64,000 bases of DNA, taken from an uncultured Pseudomonadales bacterium. Lineage in GTDB: Bacteria > Patescibacteriota > Microgenomatia > UBA1400 > PJMF01. Shown in pieces: positions 30,996 to 41,241 of this stretch. Each line of letters opens with the position of its first letter. Position 1 is the first letter of the stretch. Both the position numbers and the translations under genes were made by a program. A model generated the notes under the pieces. It ran no database searches. It worked only from the letters and a program-made list of their open reading frames with translations, and had not been told where the DNA came from. The stretch spans positions 7,063 through 71,062 of the forward strand of contig CAZSJW010000004.1 in NCBI GenBank assembly GCA_964607285.1. Reading direction: 5' to 3'.

Positions 30996-31679
30996 ATGTT
31001 CACGACCGTTTCGGGTCAAAAACCAGCGACTAATTCTAGCCCGCAATCAAACCAGGCGGTCAATCCTTTTGCGCGTGCTCTAGCAGAAACTGAAAAACAC
31101 TCACCAGATAGCAATTCTCCACACTCAGCCATCAATCCATTTAGTGAAGCGTTAGCCCGAACGGGTGGGGGATACGCGGACTCACCAGTTACCCAGTTTG
31201 ATCCCAAATTTATCGAGAAGCAAAAAAAAGAAGCAGAAGATACAGCCAGACTGGAAGCATTACGCAAAAAAAGACATGATGAAATCAATCCTGTAGACAG
31301 AACACAACTGTTTGACGCTCGCAGAAAACAAGAACTCAAAGAAATTGAAAAAATCCGCCAAGAGCTTAAAATGCTCTCCCACGATATTGTGAAGTTCAAT
31401 AAAGAAGTAGACATCACTTTGTTTGGTTCTGTAGCAGATGCTGGTCAAGAAGGTAGCTATCACAAAAACTTTTTCCAGCAACTACGAGCGATCATTTTGC
31501 TACTACGCCAACGCGTGAAAAGTGCTCAAACATGGGCAACTCAAATGCAACAAAAACAAGCCAAGAAAAAAAGACGCAAAGGTTCTGCTGGAATAATGAT
31601 TGATGGTGCAAGTCACGAGCAAACAAAATCAGTGTATGACATGATGCACCACGAGCGATCAAATGCATATGGTGGGTAA
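30996..31679 (+). CDS. DUF5660-like coiled-coil protein
   Basis: IEKIRQELKML...GSYHKNFFQ...VKSAQTW...KKKRR pattern, recalled from Microgenomates DUF5660 proteins. Confidence 0.65.
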   Translation: MFTTVSGQKPATNSSPQSNQAVNPFARALAETEKHSPDSNSPHSAINPFSEALARTGGGYADSPVTQFDPKFIEKQKKEAEDTARLEALRKKRHDEINPVDRTQLFDARRKQELKEIEKIRQELKMLSHDIVKFNKEVDITLFGSVADAGQEGSYHKNFFQQLRAIILLLRQRVKSAQTWATQMQQKQAKKKRRKGSAGIMIDGASHEQTKSVYDMMHHERSNAYGG

Positions 31680-31883
31680 GCTTTTTGCGCTTTGATTTAT
31701 TCATTCACCATGTGGGAATCTTTCAAACCTGCTTCACAAGTAGAACAAGGCAAACTACCTTGGGCATGTTTGTTGACACGCATTTAGTCTGTCATTGGTA
31801 CAAGTCGAATCCTGGATCGCTGCTTTATAAACCTGTGTTGAGAAAAAAACTGATTGATTTGTATGGAAAAGAAAACATCTGAA

Positions 31884-32516
31884 TTACTGAGAAAACTCAG
31901 AAGAACTTTCCAAAACAACTGGCAACTGTGTAGGCTCAGGACTTGGGCTAACCTCAGGCACAGTTTCAATCTTTTTTGGCAACACTTCTAAATCAGAAGC
32001 ATTAGTAACTATTAACACACGAGTCGCATCATTGTACTTACCAGTTGCAAAAATTCTCCTAGATATCAGTCCGCTGAGATCAACCGTCTCTGGAACTTCC
32101 AAAGTAATCGCCTCCGAAGCCGAAGTAGTCATATAATACAAATTGTCGACTACGGAAAAGTGCAGATTGCCAGAAAAAGCTGTGTTTCTCCATGGATCAG
32201 GGGTTGGTAGCACCATCGGCAGGGGAGTCACGACTGGAACATACTGGATAAATGGTTTCTGTGTAGTAAAGGAAAATCGACCCACCCCGAACCCAACAGT
32301 TGCAATAATGAACGTGATAGCAATTGCAGTTAGTGGCTTAATTTTGAAATGCAGGTCAACGCCTTCGCCGCTCATCACCCGTTTCCACCAACTTTTCAGG
32401 TATGTGACAGGATTAGACACCTGCAAATTCACCAACGGCGGCTCTTTTTTTCGCAAGTCAGTTTTGATCTCCTCTACAGAAATAAGTGGGATCTCAGGTG
32501 TTTTTTCTTCACTCAT
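31884..32516 (-). CDS. Hypothetical single-TM protein
   Basis: MSEEK start, one TM, Pro/Thr linkers. Confidence 0.65.
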   Translation of the reverse strand: MSEEKTPEIPLISVEEIKTDLRKKEPPLVNLQVSNPVTYLKSWWKRVMSGEGVDLHFKIKPLTAIAITFIIATVGFGVGRFSFTTQKPFIQYVPVVTPLPMVLPTPDPWRNTAFSGNLHFSVVDNLYYMTTSASEAITLEVPETVDLSGLISRRIFATGKYNDATRVLIVTNASDLEVLPKKIETVPEVSPSPEPTQLPVVLESSSEFSQ

Positions 32517-32565
32517 TGTTTGAGCATAAAACAAAATGGGGGTGGAATGCAATGGGTGGCAAAAA

Positions 32566-33939
32566 TTATGCCAGCGTCACTGTCTTCAGCTGCGCAAACT
32601 CCCTGAGTCCTACCAACCCATATTCCCGACCCATACCACTTAACTTGTACCCACCAAATGGACATTCAGGTTTAAAGAAATCGCTAGTATTTACCGCCAC
32701 AACCCCAGCCTGGATTTGGCGAGCAACTCGTTGTGCCTTGGTTGCGTCGGTGGTGTACACTTCAGCACTCAATCCATACTCTGTGTCATTTGCCATCTTG
32801 ATTGCTTCCTCTTCAGTGCTGAAAGGCAGAATTGGCAGGACTGGACCAAATACTTCATCGGTCAATACTTGCATGTCCGCCGTTACTTTAATCAGCAGTG
32901 TTGGTTCAAAGTATGCACCGTTTGCGAGTGCGGCATCCTCTGGTCGCTTACCACCAATCACCACTGTTGCACCTTTTTCTACAGCGTCAGCTACCTGAGC
33001 TTCCAATATTTCCCGCTGTTTGAGTGTCACCAATGGTCCAATGTCTGAGTTTTCCAGAGGATTGCCAAGCTTCAAATCCGTCAGCCGTTGCTTCATTTTC
33101 TCCACGAATGCATCATACACACTGGCTTCAACCAACAAACGCTTTACCGCAGTGCATACTTGTCCGCAATTTAAAAACCGTGACCAATACACATTTTCCA
33201 CAGCTGCATCCATGTCAGCATCGGCAAATACAATTGCGGGACTACTGCCACCCATTTCCAGCAGCGACTTGACAAACTTTTTACTGGCTTGCTCGATAAG
33301 CATGCGGCCAGTCCGTGTGCTACCCGTGAACCATAACAAATTAATATCTTGTTTCATGAGTTCTGCGCCAACATCACCTGCACCAACAGCTACTTGCACC
33401 ACACCTTCTGGCAAACCAGCTTCGTTGAGCAGATCAATTACCATTTTTTGGCTGAGTGTTGTGTACTCCGAAGGTTTCAGAATCACCGTGTTACCTGCCA
33501 AAAGTGCGGGCAAGACTCCAGAGTTTGCCATGGAAAGTGGGAAGTTCCAGGGTGCGATGCACAAGCACACACCGTATGGCTCATGGAAAACGGTGAAAGT
33601 TGCCCCATTCTTTTCTAGGACAACTTCTGGTTTAAATGCGGTAGGCGACTGAGCAATGTAGTAGTCGACAAACTCTAGTTCTGATTGTATTTCATCCTGG
33701 GATTGTTGTAGGGGCTTACCCATTTCTTGGGAGATAATTTTCGCCATTTTCTCACTGTTTTTCTCGAGCAAATCTCGAAACTTTTGGATGTACTTCGCTC
33801 GCTCCTCCACTGTTGTGAACTGCCAATTTTGGTATGCTTTTTTTGATGCCTTGACCATGGTCTGCACTTCTGTGGGTGTGGTAGTGGGTAGTTCTGCGAG
33901 TAAGCTTTGATCGTGAGGGTTGATGATTTGGAGTTGCAT
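32566..33939 (-). CDS. NAD(P)-dependent aldehyde dehydrogenase
   Basis: PWNFP, FTGS, LEMGG, GQVC, DEVFGP, PFGGYKLSGMGRE. Confidence 0.95.
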   Translation of the reverse strand: MQLQIINPHDQSLLAELPTTTPTEVQTMVKASKKAYQNWQFTTVEERAKYIQKFRDLLEKNSEKMAKIISQEMGKPLQQSQDEIQSELEFVDYYIAQSPTAFKPEVVLEKNGATFTVFHEPYGVCLCIAPWNFPLSMANSGVLPALLAGNTVILKPSEYTTLSQKMVIDLLNEAGLPEGVVQVAVGAGDVGAELMKQDINLLWFTGSTRTGRMLIEQASKKFVKSLLEMGGSSPAIVFADADMDAAVENVYWSRFLNCGQVCTAVKRLLVEASVYDAFVEKMKQRLTDLKLGNPLENSDIGPLVTLKQREILEAQVADAVEKGATVVIGGKRPEDAALANGAYFEPTLLIKVTADMQVLTDEVFGPVLPILPFSTEEEAIKMANDTEYGLSAEVYTTDATKAQRVARQIQAGVVAVNTSDFFKPECPFGGYKLSGMGREYGLVGLREFAQLKTVTLA

Positions 33940-33970
33940 GGGCTTATTTTAGCACTGATATACTACCTGC

Positions 33971-34465
33971 ATGGAACACATAGACCAAATCAAAGAAGTT
34001 CTCAACCGAGTACACTACGCCAGCATGGCCACAGTCAATGAGGATGGCTCACCACATAATTCCCCATTAGTATTTTTGTATGATCAAAGCCTAAAATACT
34101 GCTATTGGGGTTCACATCCCAATTCGCAACATTCCCAAAATATCGTGCGAACAGGTCAAGCCTTTTTTACAGTCTTTGATAGCATTGCGGGAAGTGTGGG
34201 TGTCTACATTCAAGCAGTTGATGCCAAAGTGGCAGTGGGAAAAGAATTACCTGAAGCCCTCCAGATTCACAATCGTTTCAGAGAAAAAGCTAACAAGAAA
34301 GCTTTAGACATTTCCTACTACCAGGGCACGAATCCACAAAGAATGTGGCGGGCGAAAACAGAAACTGTTTGGATAAATGCCTATGAGCGCGATGAAAAGG
34401 GGAGGCTACTGAGCGATTACAAAATTCAGATTGACCTTGAAACGCTAGATGGTCTTTGGAATTGA
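33971..34465 (+). CDS. Pyridoxamine 5'-phosphate oxidase-like flavin-binding protein
   Basis: MATVNEDGSPHNSP...WGS..NSQHSQNI. Confidence 0.8.
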   Translation: MEHIDQIKEVLNRVHYASMATVNEDGSPHNSPLVFLYDQSLKYCYWGSHPNSQHSQNIVRTGQAFFTVFDSIAGSVGVYIQAVDAKVAVGKELPEALQIHNRFREKANKKALDISYYQGTNPQRMWRAKTETVWINAYERDEKGRLLSDYKIQIDLETLDGLWN

Positions 34466-34478
34466 TGGGGTACCACAG

Positions 34479-35611
34479 CTAAGGTAGCATACCAACCTCT
34501 TGCACGTATATATCCGACAACATCTCGGGAATGTATTGCAGCACACGACCCTGTCCATCTAAGGTCTGGTCCATTACTTTGACTAGTTTCATGCCTCTAG
34601 GTAGGATCGGATGTCTACCCGACTGGTGGTTTTCCACTGCACCATATCGGCTAATTCATACAAAGCTTTTACTTTCGCTTCACCATACTTTTCGACTAGC
34701 TTAGCTTGTTGCTCCGCAGATAAAGGTTGTCTAGAATGGAAAGCTGGAAATACCACTCTAATTTCTAGAGGAATACTGGCACCTGTAGAATAATTACGAG
34801 TAGTGTTATAGCCACCAACACTCACACCCTTTGCCGTCAATTCATCCAACTCTTTCTGTCTCTCATCCTGTTCAGCCTTATCAACTGTAGATAACCCTAG
34901 GCCTTTGACCTCCAGAACATCGGCGTCTAGTTGTAGGCTGCCAGAATCTTGCCATTCAGATTTGTCTAGGTTTGAACCATGCACAAGGAACGTCCAATGT
35001 TTAGGCAAGGGTACCTCTTGAATTTTATATTTTTCAGCTTCTCTGAGTAACTGCAAACTTAGTTCCCTTGCGGGTGTAAGTACTGAAGAAATTGGGTACC
35101 TATTTCCCCCAATTGTTGTATAGGCAACGGGGTTGCGATCAACTTCATCTTCCCACTCAGAAATTCGTTGCGTTAAAATGGCCTCTTGCTGTAAGGCACT
35201 GGCATATACAATTTTCTTTCTGACTTCTTCGCGAGTGTCAACCGATCCCGCTTGTTGCGATAATTCACGATTCATTGCTTCATCTAATTCCTGCAGTAAA
35301 GAATGTTTCAGCCTAAAACTACCTATCAGCTCAGCAGCTCTTGTATTGTTTGGATCTTTTTCTAGTGCTTCTTCCTGCAACAGACGAGCATTGCGGATCT
35401 CATACCACACTTTTTGAGCAGTACCGGGCTGAGCGTCTTTTGGAATAGCATACTTTCGTTCTCTATCCGCTCTGCGTTTCAGCTCAACTGTTTGCGCAAC
35501 TATCGCCATAGATCCATCATGGTCTTGAACTCTTACGGCACTAGAATAGTCCCATGTACCATCAGATTTCTTCTTCGCTCCAAAAATTAATCCTGATTCA
35601 CTACCTGACAT
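34479..35611 (-). pseudogene. Hypothetical protein with a -1 frameshift near 34640
   Basis: The 340-aa ORF continues in the -1 frame as AVENHQSGRHPILPRGMKLVKVMDQTLDGQGRVLQYIPEMLSDIYVQEVGMLP to TAG 34479. Confidence 0.55.
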
Positions 35612-35850
35612 AAACTGAGTATATCAGAAGTTACTTTGAGCTTACATATTGTTTGTTTTGCTTGTTGTACAAATGAGACTTAGTGCAACAACAAGCTCAT
35701 TTTCTAAATATGTTTTTGTGCACTGTCTTGGTGAGAATGAAGGTAGCTAATAGCTACAACACCGGCTTTATGTAAATAACTCTTATAAACCACTTCAAAT
35801 CTAGTAAAAATAGCATACATTGAATAAAGCTTGCTAAATCTTTAAATACG

Positions 35851-35881
35851 AAAAGAGCCCCAGTTTTTTAGGCTGAGGCTC
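35851..35881 (-). terminator. Intrinsic terminator after ORF 35911-36234
   Basis: GAGCCTCAG...CTGGGGCTC hairpin followed by TTTT on the minus strand. Confidence 0.65.
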
Positions 35882-35910
35882 AGTTCTGTCACTCGGTTTT
35901 TTTGCGAGGC

Positions 35911-36234
35911 TTACACCTCGCGGAAGTTTAGAAAGGAGTCGCGGTCGTACCACGCCCCCTTAAAAAACATATTAATGCGTTCGTTTCCGTCCGCATCACA
36001 AACTATTGTCCAGTAACCCTGTGTGGTCTTCGTCCAACCCAGGGGTGGGGTGACACTGTAGAACAGGTCATCATTGGATGCGCTGACGGTGAAGCCAAGC
36101 GTTTCCAGTTGTGCACGGGTGTCATTCGTGTCAAGATAACGACCATTGACCTTGCGAGCCAACAGCCACTGTTCGCTTTCGGCGACAGAGCGTTGCGCTC
36201 TTTCTTCTATGTTAATGTTTTGGCTTGGTGACAA
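35911..36234 (-). CDS. Hypothetical protein resembling small phage proteins
   Basis: LGF...DDLF..V..P.GW.K...W....D.DG..R..MFFKGAWYDRDSF pattern; lies immediately 3' of tRNA-Val. Confidence 0.6.
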   Translation of the reverse strand: MSPSQNINIEERAQRSVAESEQWLLARKVNGRYLDTNDTRAQLETLGFTVSASNDDLFYSVTPPLGWTKTTQGYWTIVCDADGNERINMFFKGAWYDRDSFLNFREV

Positions 36235-36334
36235 TCCACTGATGTTCGGAACTTGTGACTCAAGTAATGAAAATCTTCCAAAACCTCAAACGTGTGAAGA
36301 AAAAACTAAAACCACTTAAGTGATTCAATATCTG

Positions 36335-36408
36335 TGAACCTTGCTGGACTCGAACCAGCGACCTCTTCAATGTCAATGAAGCGCTCTAACCAACTGAGCT
36401 AAAGGTTC
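36335..36408 (-). tRNA. tRNA-Val (GAC)
   Basis: GAACCTT/AAGGTTC acceptor stem, anticodon arm CTTCA-TTGACAT-TGAAG, GGTTCGAGTCC. Confidence 0.95.
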
Positions 36409-36491
36409 GCAACTCTGTAAGACAGATTGGTATTATATCAAGCGAACTGCTCCAACACAATTGGACCAAGCCATCCTGCAACTGTGACAAT

Positions 36492-37495
36492 CTACTTCTG
36501 CATAAGTGGCAAAATCCCAAACTCTGCCATAATTTTGTCTACCTGCTCAAAAGTTGCGGCCTGCTGATCATCTTGATTAAGTACCGTGTGCGTAGCTTTC
36601 TTCCTGGCTGCCTCTATTCCCGCGCTTTCCCGCTCATCTAGTTGCCTAAACCTCTCAAACTCCTCTGGAGTGTCCTGCTTGGGATCTTTATCACCACCCC
36701 GTATGAGTGCACGCTGGAAACGAATCCTAAGATCCTCATCTGCATGTTCGCTCGCCACCACGCTTATGCAAATCGTAGGAGTATTCTGATTTCGCACGGT
36801 AGCGATAAAACAGTTTTGCGCCCTCTGAGTCTCAGTACTTTTCTGACTTTCAAGATGTCGGGCCGCCATTGATAGAGCAGAGAAGAGTTGAAATTGTGAA
36901 ATTATTGCAGGTACTGGCTCTTTTTCCCAATCTGCCCGTATAGAGAATAACTCCAAAAATCTTGATGCTTTCCCAACAGCATGAAAGTGTAAAAAAACCC
37001 TTCTTAGGGTGATGGCAGCTTGTAGCGATAGCTCCTGGAGCTCTAGATGCTAGACTTCCTCCTTTGTACTGTTCGCAAGTACCTTCTGTGCCTCCCGAAA
37101 TAAATGGGCTGCCCCGATCGCCGAGTCAATGTTGTACTGCAAGTATGAATTCTTTGGATTCTCTTGAGGTATTTCAAGTGCACTTCTGATGTGTAGTAAG
37201 ATTTGCATTTTGGCTTCATCATCTACGTGATCAAATGCCAGCAGTGACAACTCATCATCAGTAAGCGCTTGCTCAGTACCCAACTCCCGGATCAGTACGA
37301 TGCTTTGCCCACTTTTCACAAAGCTTCTCAGGACTAATAGAAAATTTGGGTGACTGCGAAGTGACTCGTTCAACTCGACAACTAAAGGCCATCCGAAAAA
37401 AACTCAGTGCCCTTATTTCTCCACACCGGCTTGCCTACCTCATCGGGAAACTCCACAAGATGCCGTTCTCTAAAGATGGAGGGGGAATCACTCAT
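36492..37495 (-). pseudogene. One hypothetical gene apparently split into three frames (covers ORFs 36492-36956 and 37050-37373)
   Basis: ATG 37495 (MSDSPSIFRERH...) joins 37050-37373 at a T7 run (37396-37402); the 36492 frame is open upstream to about 37128, overlapping the previous piece; both joins are -1. Confidence 0.5.
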
Positions 37496-37781
37496 AGTCG
37501 TACATATAGCATATGCTATCAATACTAGTGTATATAGCTCAGTTCTAGAACTTGATTCAACATACGATTTAAGTAGTCGTTTTGAGATGCAAGCGCTTCA
37601 CTTACAGGTGAAGAATCAAACCTACTAGTCTCACAGCTCGCAGCAAGATATGACGTTCCCGTTACGAAGCTTTTATCAACACTAATCAGTGCAGGTGCCC
37701 CACAACGAGCAATAGACTTTGTGCGGGGGTATGAAGCAATCAACGGCGCGAGCTGATTATTGGATAGTAAGTAGATCTGAT

Positions 37782-38759
37782 CTATCTTTTCTTGAGGGCA
37801 CGAATGCCTTCAGTTACCAACGAGGGCTGGGCGACAATAGTGCGTATCATAGCTTTAGCAAGCTTCAGCTGATGAACAGCAGGGTAAAAAAGTACTGAGT
37901 ATACCAGAGGTGGCAAAGTCGACCGAGTGCCTAGCAATCTTGAGAAATTTCTGTAAAGTGGATATGGATACGAAGAATCATAACTGATTAGTGCCAGGTT
38001 TATATAGTTGATTATTTCAGTATTACCTAAATCAGGCAAAAGAGTAATACCTTGTCTACGTAGCTCCCTGATACACTCAATAGCATACCTCCAAGCATCA
38101 CGTTCTAAATGCACATTGTTTTGGTTTCTGTTGAGTTGCAGTCGATCAGGCTGAGTACCATGTGCACGTTTCATTACCTGGAAAACATTTTGCTTGCAAT
38201 GCGCTACTTCATGAAAAATAATTAACGGCTCAATCCTTTTATAATAGTGTCGAATAAACTTGAGAAGTAGGTTTTGCTTATACAATATCTCTCCGGGGGG
38301 AACTAGCTCAATCTGCTCATCCAGGGTGTTCGACCAAGCTGCTACTAAACTATTGTCAACAACTATGTTTCCTGTATGTAAATTCTTCAGACTAAATGTC
38401 TTTCCAGTATCTTTTGAGATGAATAACAGATCTAGAATTTCAACTTGATCATTAGAGTCGTCAATATTTTGGTCGGTTCTTGCCTCAGTAATTTGCAAAA
38501 CATCAACACCTTCTCGAAAAACAGATTTTACAAATAAGAATCCTTTTTTTTCGGCAGACGCTATTCGTGTTTCGACAGTTGTTGGCAAAAGACCCAGCTT
38601 ATTGAGTAACTTTGAGTAATTTCTAGCATGGACATGTTCTGCATTCTGATAGGAAATACCTAGAGGTGACAGTGCTGCATCTATTGAGTCGAATGTTACA
38701 ATTTCTGGAGTGGACGAAAAGAATTCCTCCTCAGCACCAGTAAGAATTTTTTCTGACAT
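37782..38759 (-). CDS. Hypothetical protein with HEXXH zincin motif
   Basis: IIFHEVAHC followed by LERDAWRYA (candidate third-ligand Glu). Confidence 0.65.
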   Translation of the reverse strand: MSEKILTGAEEEFFSSTPEIVTFDSIDAALSPLGISYQNAEHVHARNYSKLLNKLGLLPTTVETRIASAEKKGFLFVKSVFREGVDVLQITEARTDQNIDDSNDQVEILDLLFISKDTGKTFSLKNLHTGNIVVDNSLVAAWSNTLDEQIELVPPGEILYKQNLLLKFIRHYYKRIEPLIIFHEVAHCKQNVFQVMKRAHGTQPDRLQLNRNQNNVHLERDAWRYAIECIRELRRQGITLLPDLGNTEIINYINLALISYDSSYPYPLYRNFSRLLGTRSTLPPLVYSVLFYPAVHQLKLAKAMIRTIVAQPSLVTEGIRALKKR

Positions 38760-38942
38760 TGAAAAAATTATATCCTACCCTGGAGGCACTTGGTGAGCAA
38801 GCAGAACGCACCTTGCGTCCTGAGAGTTCTCACTCGACAAAAAAAGTGGTATAATTGCCATCTCGTAAAAAACGAGCCTGTACGGTACAATACCCTGCAG
38901 TGCCTTCAGAAATTGAAGACTAGTACAAATAGTTAGAAAAGC

Positions 38943-39533
38943 GTGAGAAAGAAACCCACAAAAAGTTTCAAAGCCAAACAGCCCTTCATAGTTGCGAATC
39001 ACAACATTCGCGCCAGTGAAGTCAGGGTGTTATCGGCAACCGGCGAAATGATCGGCGTCATGTCGACTTCAGACGCCCTCATGCAAGCCAGACAGGCAGA
39101 AAAAGACTTGGTGTTGGTGACAGCCTCCGCTAACCCACCAGTTGCCAAGATCATTGAGCTAGCTAAGTACAAGTACCAGATACAGCAGCGGGAATCCGAG
39201 AATCGCAAGCGATCAAAAGCCCAGGATTTGAAAGAAGTCCGCTTCACACCATTTTTGAGCCAAGGAGACTTTGACTCAAAAATGAAAAAAGTACTGCAGT
39301 TTTTAAAAGGCGGTGATAAAGTTCGGCTATCTTTACAATTTAAAGGTCGGGCCATCACCAAAAAAGAGTTCGGCTTTGATGTGTTTGCTCGAGTGTTTGC
39401 AGCAACGAGCGATATAGCAGTAGTCGAAGTCACACCAAAATTGATGGGCAAAAAACTGCTCGCGCAGCTGATGCCAATGAAAAAAAGTAAACCAACACAG
39501 GATTCGGAGCAACCACAAGGAAGCCAGGAATGA
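38943..39533 (+). CDS. infC: Translation initiation factor IF-3
   Basis: NHNIRASEVRV, DLVLV...PPVAKI...KYKY, LKEVRF, GDKVRLSLQFKGR. Confidence 0.95.
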   Translation: MRKKPTKSFKAKQPFIVANHNIRASEVRVLSATGEMIGVMSTSDALMQARQAEKDLVLVTASANPPVAKIIELAKYKYQIQQRESENRKRSKAQDLKEVRFTPFLSQGDFDSKMKKVLQFLKGGDKVRLSLQFKGRAITKKEFGFDVFARVFAATSDIAVVEVTPKLMGKKLLAQLMPMKKSKPTQDSEQPQGSQE

Positions 39534-39733
39534 AAAAAATTAAACAAAAAACCAGATCAGGTGTAGCAAAACGCTTCAAAGTAACTGCTACCGGTAAGGT
39601 GTTGCGCCGTTCACAAAACATGCGTCACATCCGCCGCCGCAAGAGTAAAAAAGCAATTCGCGCATATGGCGTTCCAAAACAAGTAATGGGAAAGTGGGCA
39701 CGCAAAATCAAGCGAATGCTCGGTTTAGCATAA
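39530..39733 (+). CDS. rpmI: 50S ribosomal protein L35
   Basis: KQKTRSGVAKRFKVTATGKV; conserved position in the operon. Confidence 0.95.
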   Translation: MKKIKQKTRSGVAKRFKVTATGKVLRRSQNMRHIRRRKSKKAIRAYGVPKQVMGKWARKIKRMLGLA

Positions 39734-39758
39734 CTGAACGCAACACAAGAAAGTACCT

Positions 39759-40112
39759 ATGCCAAGAGTAAAAACAGGAATCACCCGCCGAAAACGCCAC
39801 AAGAAAGTTCTCAAACTTGCTAAAGGTTTCCGCGGAGCAAACAGCAGACTCTACAAACGTGCTCATGAAGCCGTCATGCACTCAGGCATGTACGCCTACA
39901 TCGGCCGCCGCTTGCGCAAACGCGACATGCGCTCACTTTGGATTGTCCGTATCTCTGCAGCTCTCAAAGAAGCTGGTAGTGAACTAAACTACTCCAGATT
40001 CATCAACGCCCTCAAAAAAGCTGACATCGCCCTCGACCGAAAAGTCTTGGCTGAGTTGGCAGTAAATCACTTTGAGTCGTTTAAAACCGTTTTAAACCAG
40101 GCGCGGGGCTAA
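39759..40112 (+). CDS. rplT: 50S ribosomal protein L20
   Basis: MPRVKTG, RKRDMRSLWIVRI, YSRFI, LDRKVLAELA. Confidence 0.97.
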   Translation: MPRVKTGITRRKRHKKVLKLAKGFRGANSRLYKRAHEAVMHSGMYAYIGRRLRKRDMRSLWIVRISAALKEAGSELNYSRFINALKKADIALDRKVLAELAVNHFESFKTVLNQARG

Positions 40113-40141
40113 CGAATCACCAAGTACTTATAGAAATAGAT

Positions 40142-40167
40142 AACCCCCGCCTAAGACGGGGGTTTTT
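40142..40167 (+). terminator. Intrinsic terminator after rplT (candidate attenuator)
   Basis: AACCCCCG-CCTAAGA-CGGGGGTT followed by TTT. Confidence 0.85.
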
Positions 40168-40212
40168 AGTTTTGGAAAAAACAAGATACAATACGGAAAT
40201 TAGGGAGTTTAT

Positions 40213-41241
40213 ATGAATGAAGTATCACAGAATTCTGATGCGATCCTATTTGCTATCATTGAGCGTTCCTTACAACAACAACTAACAAACGATGAGCTGC
40301 GCAATCTAGCTGAACAACTGTTTATTGGTGACCTTACCACTGAGCAAATACTGGCAAACATACAAACTACCACTGAGTACTACCAAAAGTTACGCAATGT
40401 ATTTGAAAGCACAACTAGCCCGCATCAAATGATTGTACGACTTAAGGAGTATTTCTTGCATAAAGCAGCAACCCAACTTATTGTTGCTGAAACAAATGAA
40501 GAGTCGCATATGGCTAAAATGCCTAGCATTTACGCTAGTATCCCTATACAACCAGTGATGCAAGCAGAGCAAAGAAAAAAAACTGAGAATCTAAGAACAT
40601 TAAACGTTATAAACCTGTTTACTAAGTTAGTATCACTAATAAGACCAGATATGAACGAATTGGCTGATCTTCTCAACTCAGATGAAGCTCATCAGAGTGA
40701 TCCAACTTGGTTCAGAAAAGCGGTAGAACACCATCCGCAGTTATCACCAATCCTTTGGCTACTTCCCACTGACCTAACGTACGCAGACTTAAACAAACTC
40801 TGTGAAGCAACTGAGTACAGTTCTACAGGCAAAAAAATCAGGAGATTTGGTGATCGTCAAGTTGCATTTACTACCCCGAGTTTACAAACTATTAATCTCT
40901 CCGGGCCACTGCCCAAAGTGGAGCCCAGTCATGATGAGGAAGAAGTGAGATTTTGGGAAAAATCAGTACCTGAATTGCTCGGTGAGGAGAAGACGCTCAC
41001 AACCCTAACACTTAACCTGGAAGAAACTGAACTCGATGAGCTTTACAATAGTATTCTACTTCCATTTTTACAGAAAAGAATGTTGGCTCAGGTAGCAATG
41101 ACTGCGATATATAGCAGCAAATATTACCATAAAATCTCAGAATTGATTGACCCCGATCCGATAAAGGCAGAGCGCGCAATTAGATTTATAGGATTAGTAC
41201 TTACACAGAAAGTCCTAGGAACTCAACAACATGAAAACTAA
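40213..41241 (+). CDS. Hypothetical protein between rplT and pheS
   Basis: 342-aa ORF with GGGAG upstream; overlaps the pheS start. Confidence 0.7.
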   Translation: MNEVSQNSDAILFAIIERSLQQQLTNDELRNLAEQLFIGDLTTEQILANIQTTTEYYQKLRNVFESTTSPHQMIVRLKEYFLHKAATQLIVAETNEESHMAKMPSIYASIPIQPVMQAEQRKKTENLRTLNVINLFTKLVSLIRPDMNELADLLNSDEAHQSDPTWFRKAVEHHPQLSPILWLLPTDLTYADLNKLCEATEYSSTGKKIRRFGDRQVAFTTPSLQTINLSGPLPKVEPSHDEEEVRFWEKSVPELLGEEKTLTTLTLNLEETELDELYNSILLPFLQKRMLAQVAMTAIYSSKYYHKISELIDPDPIKAERAIRFIGLVLTQKVLGTQQHEN

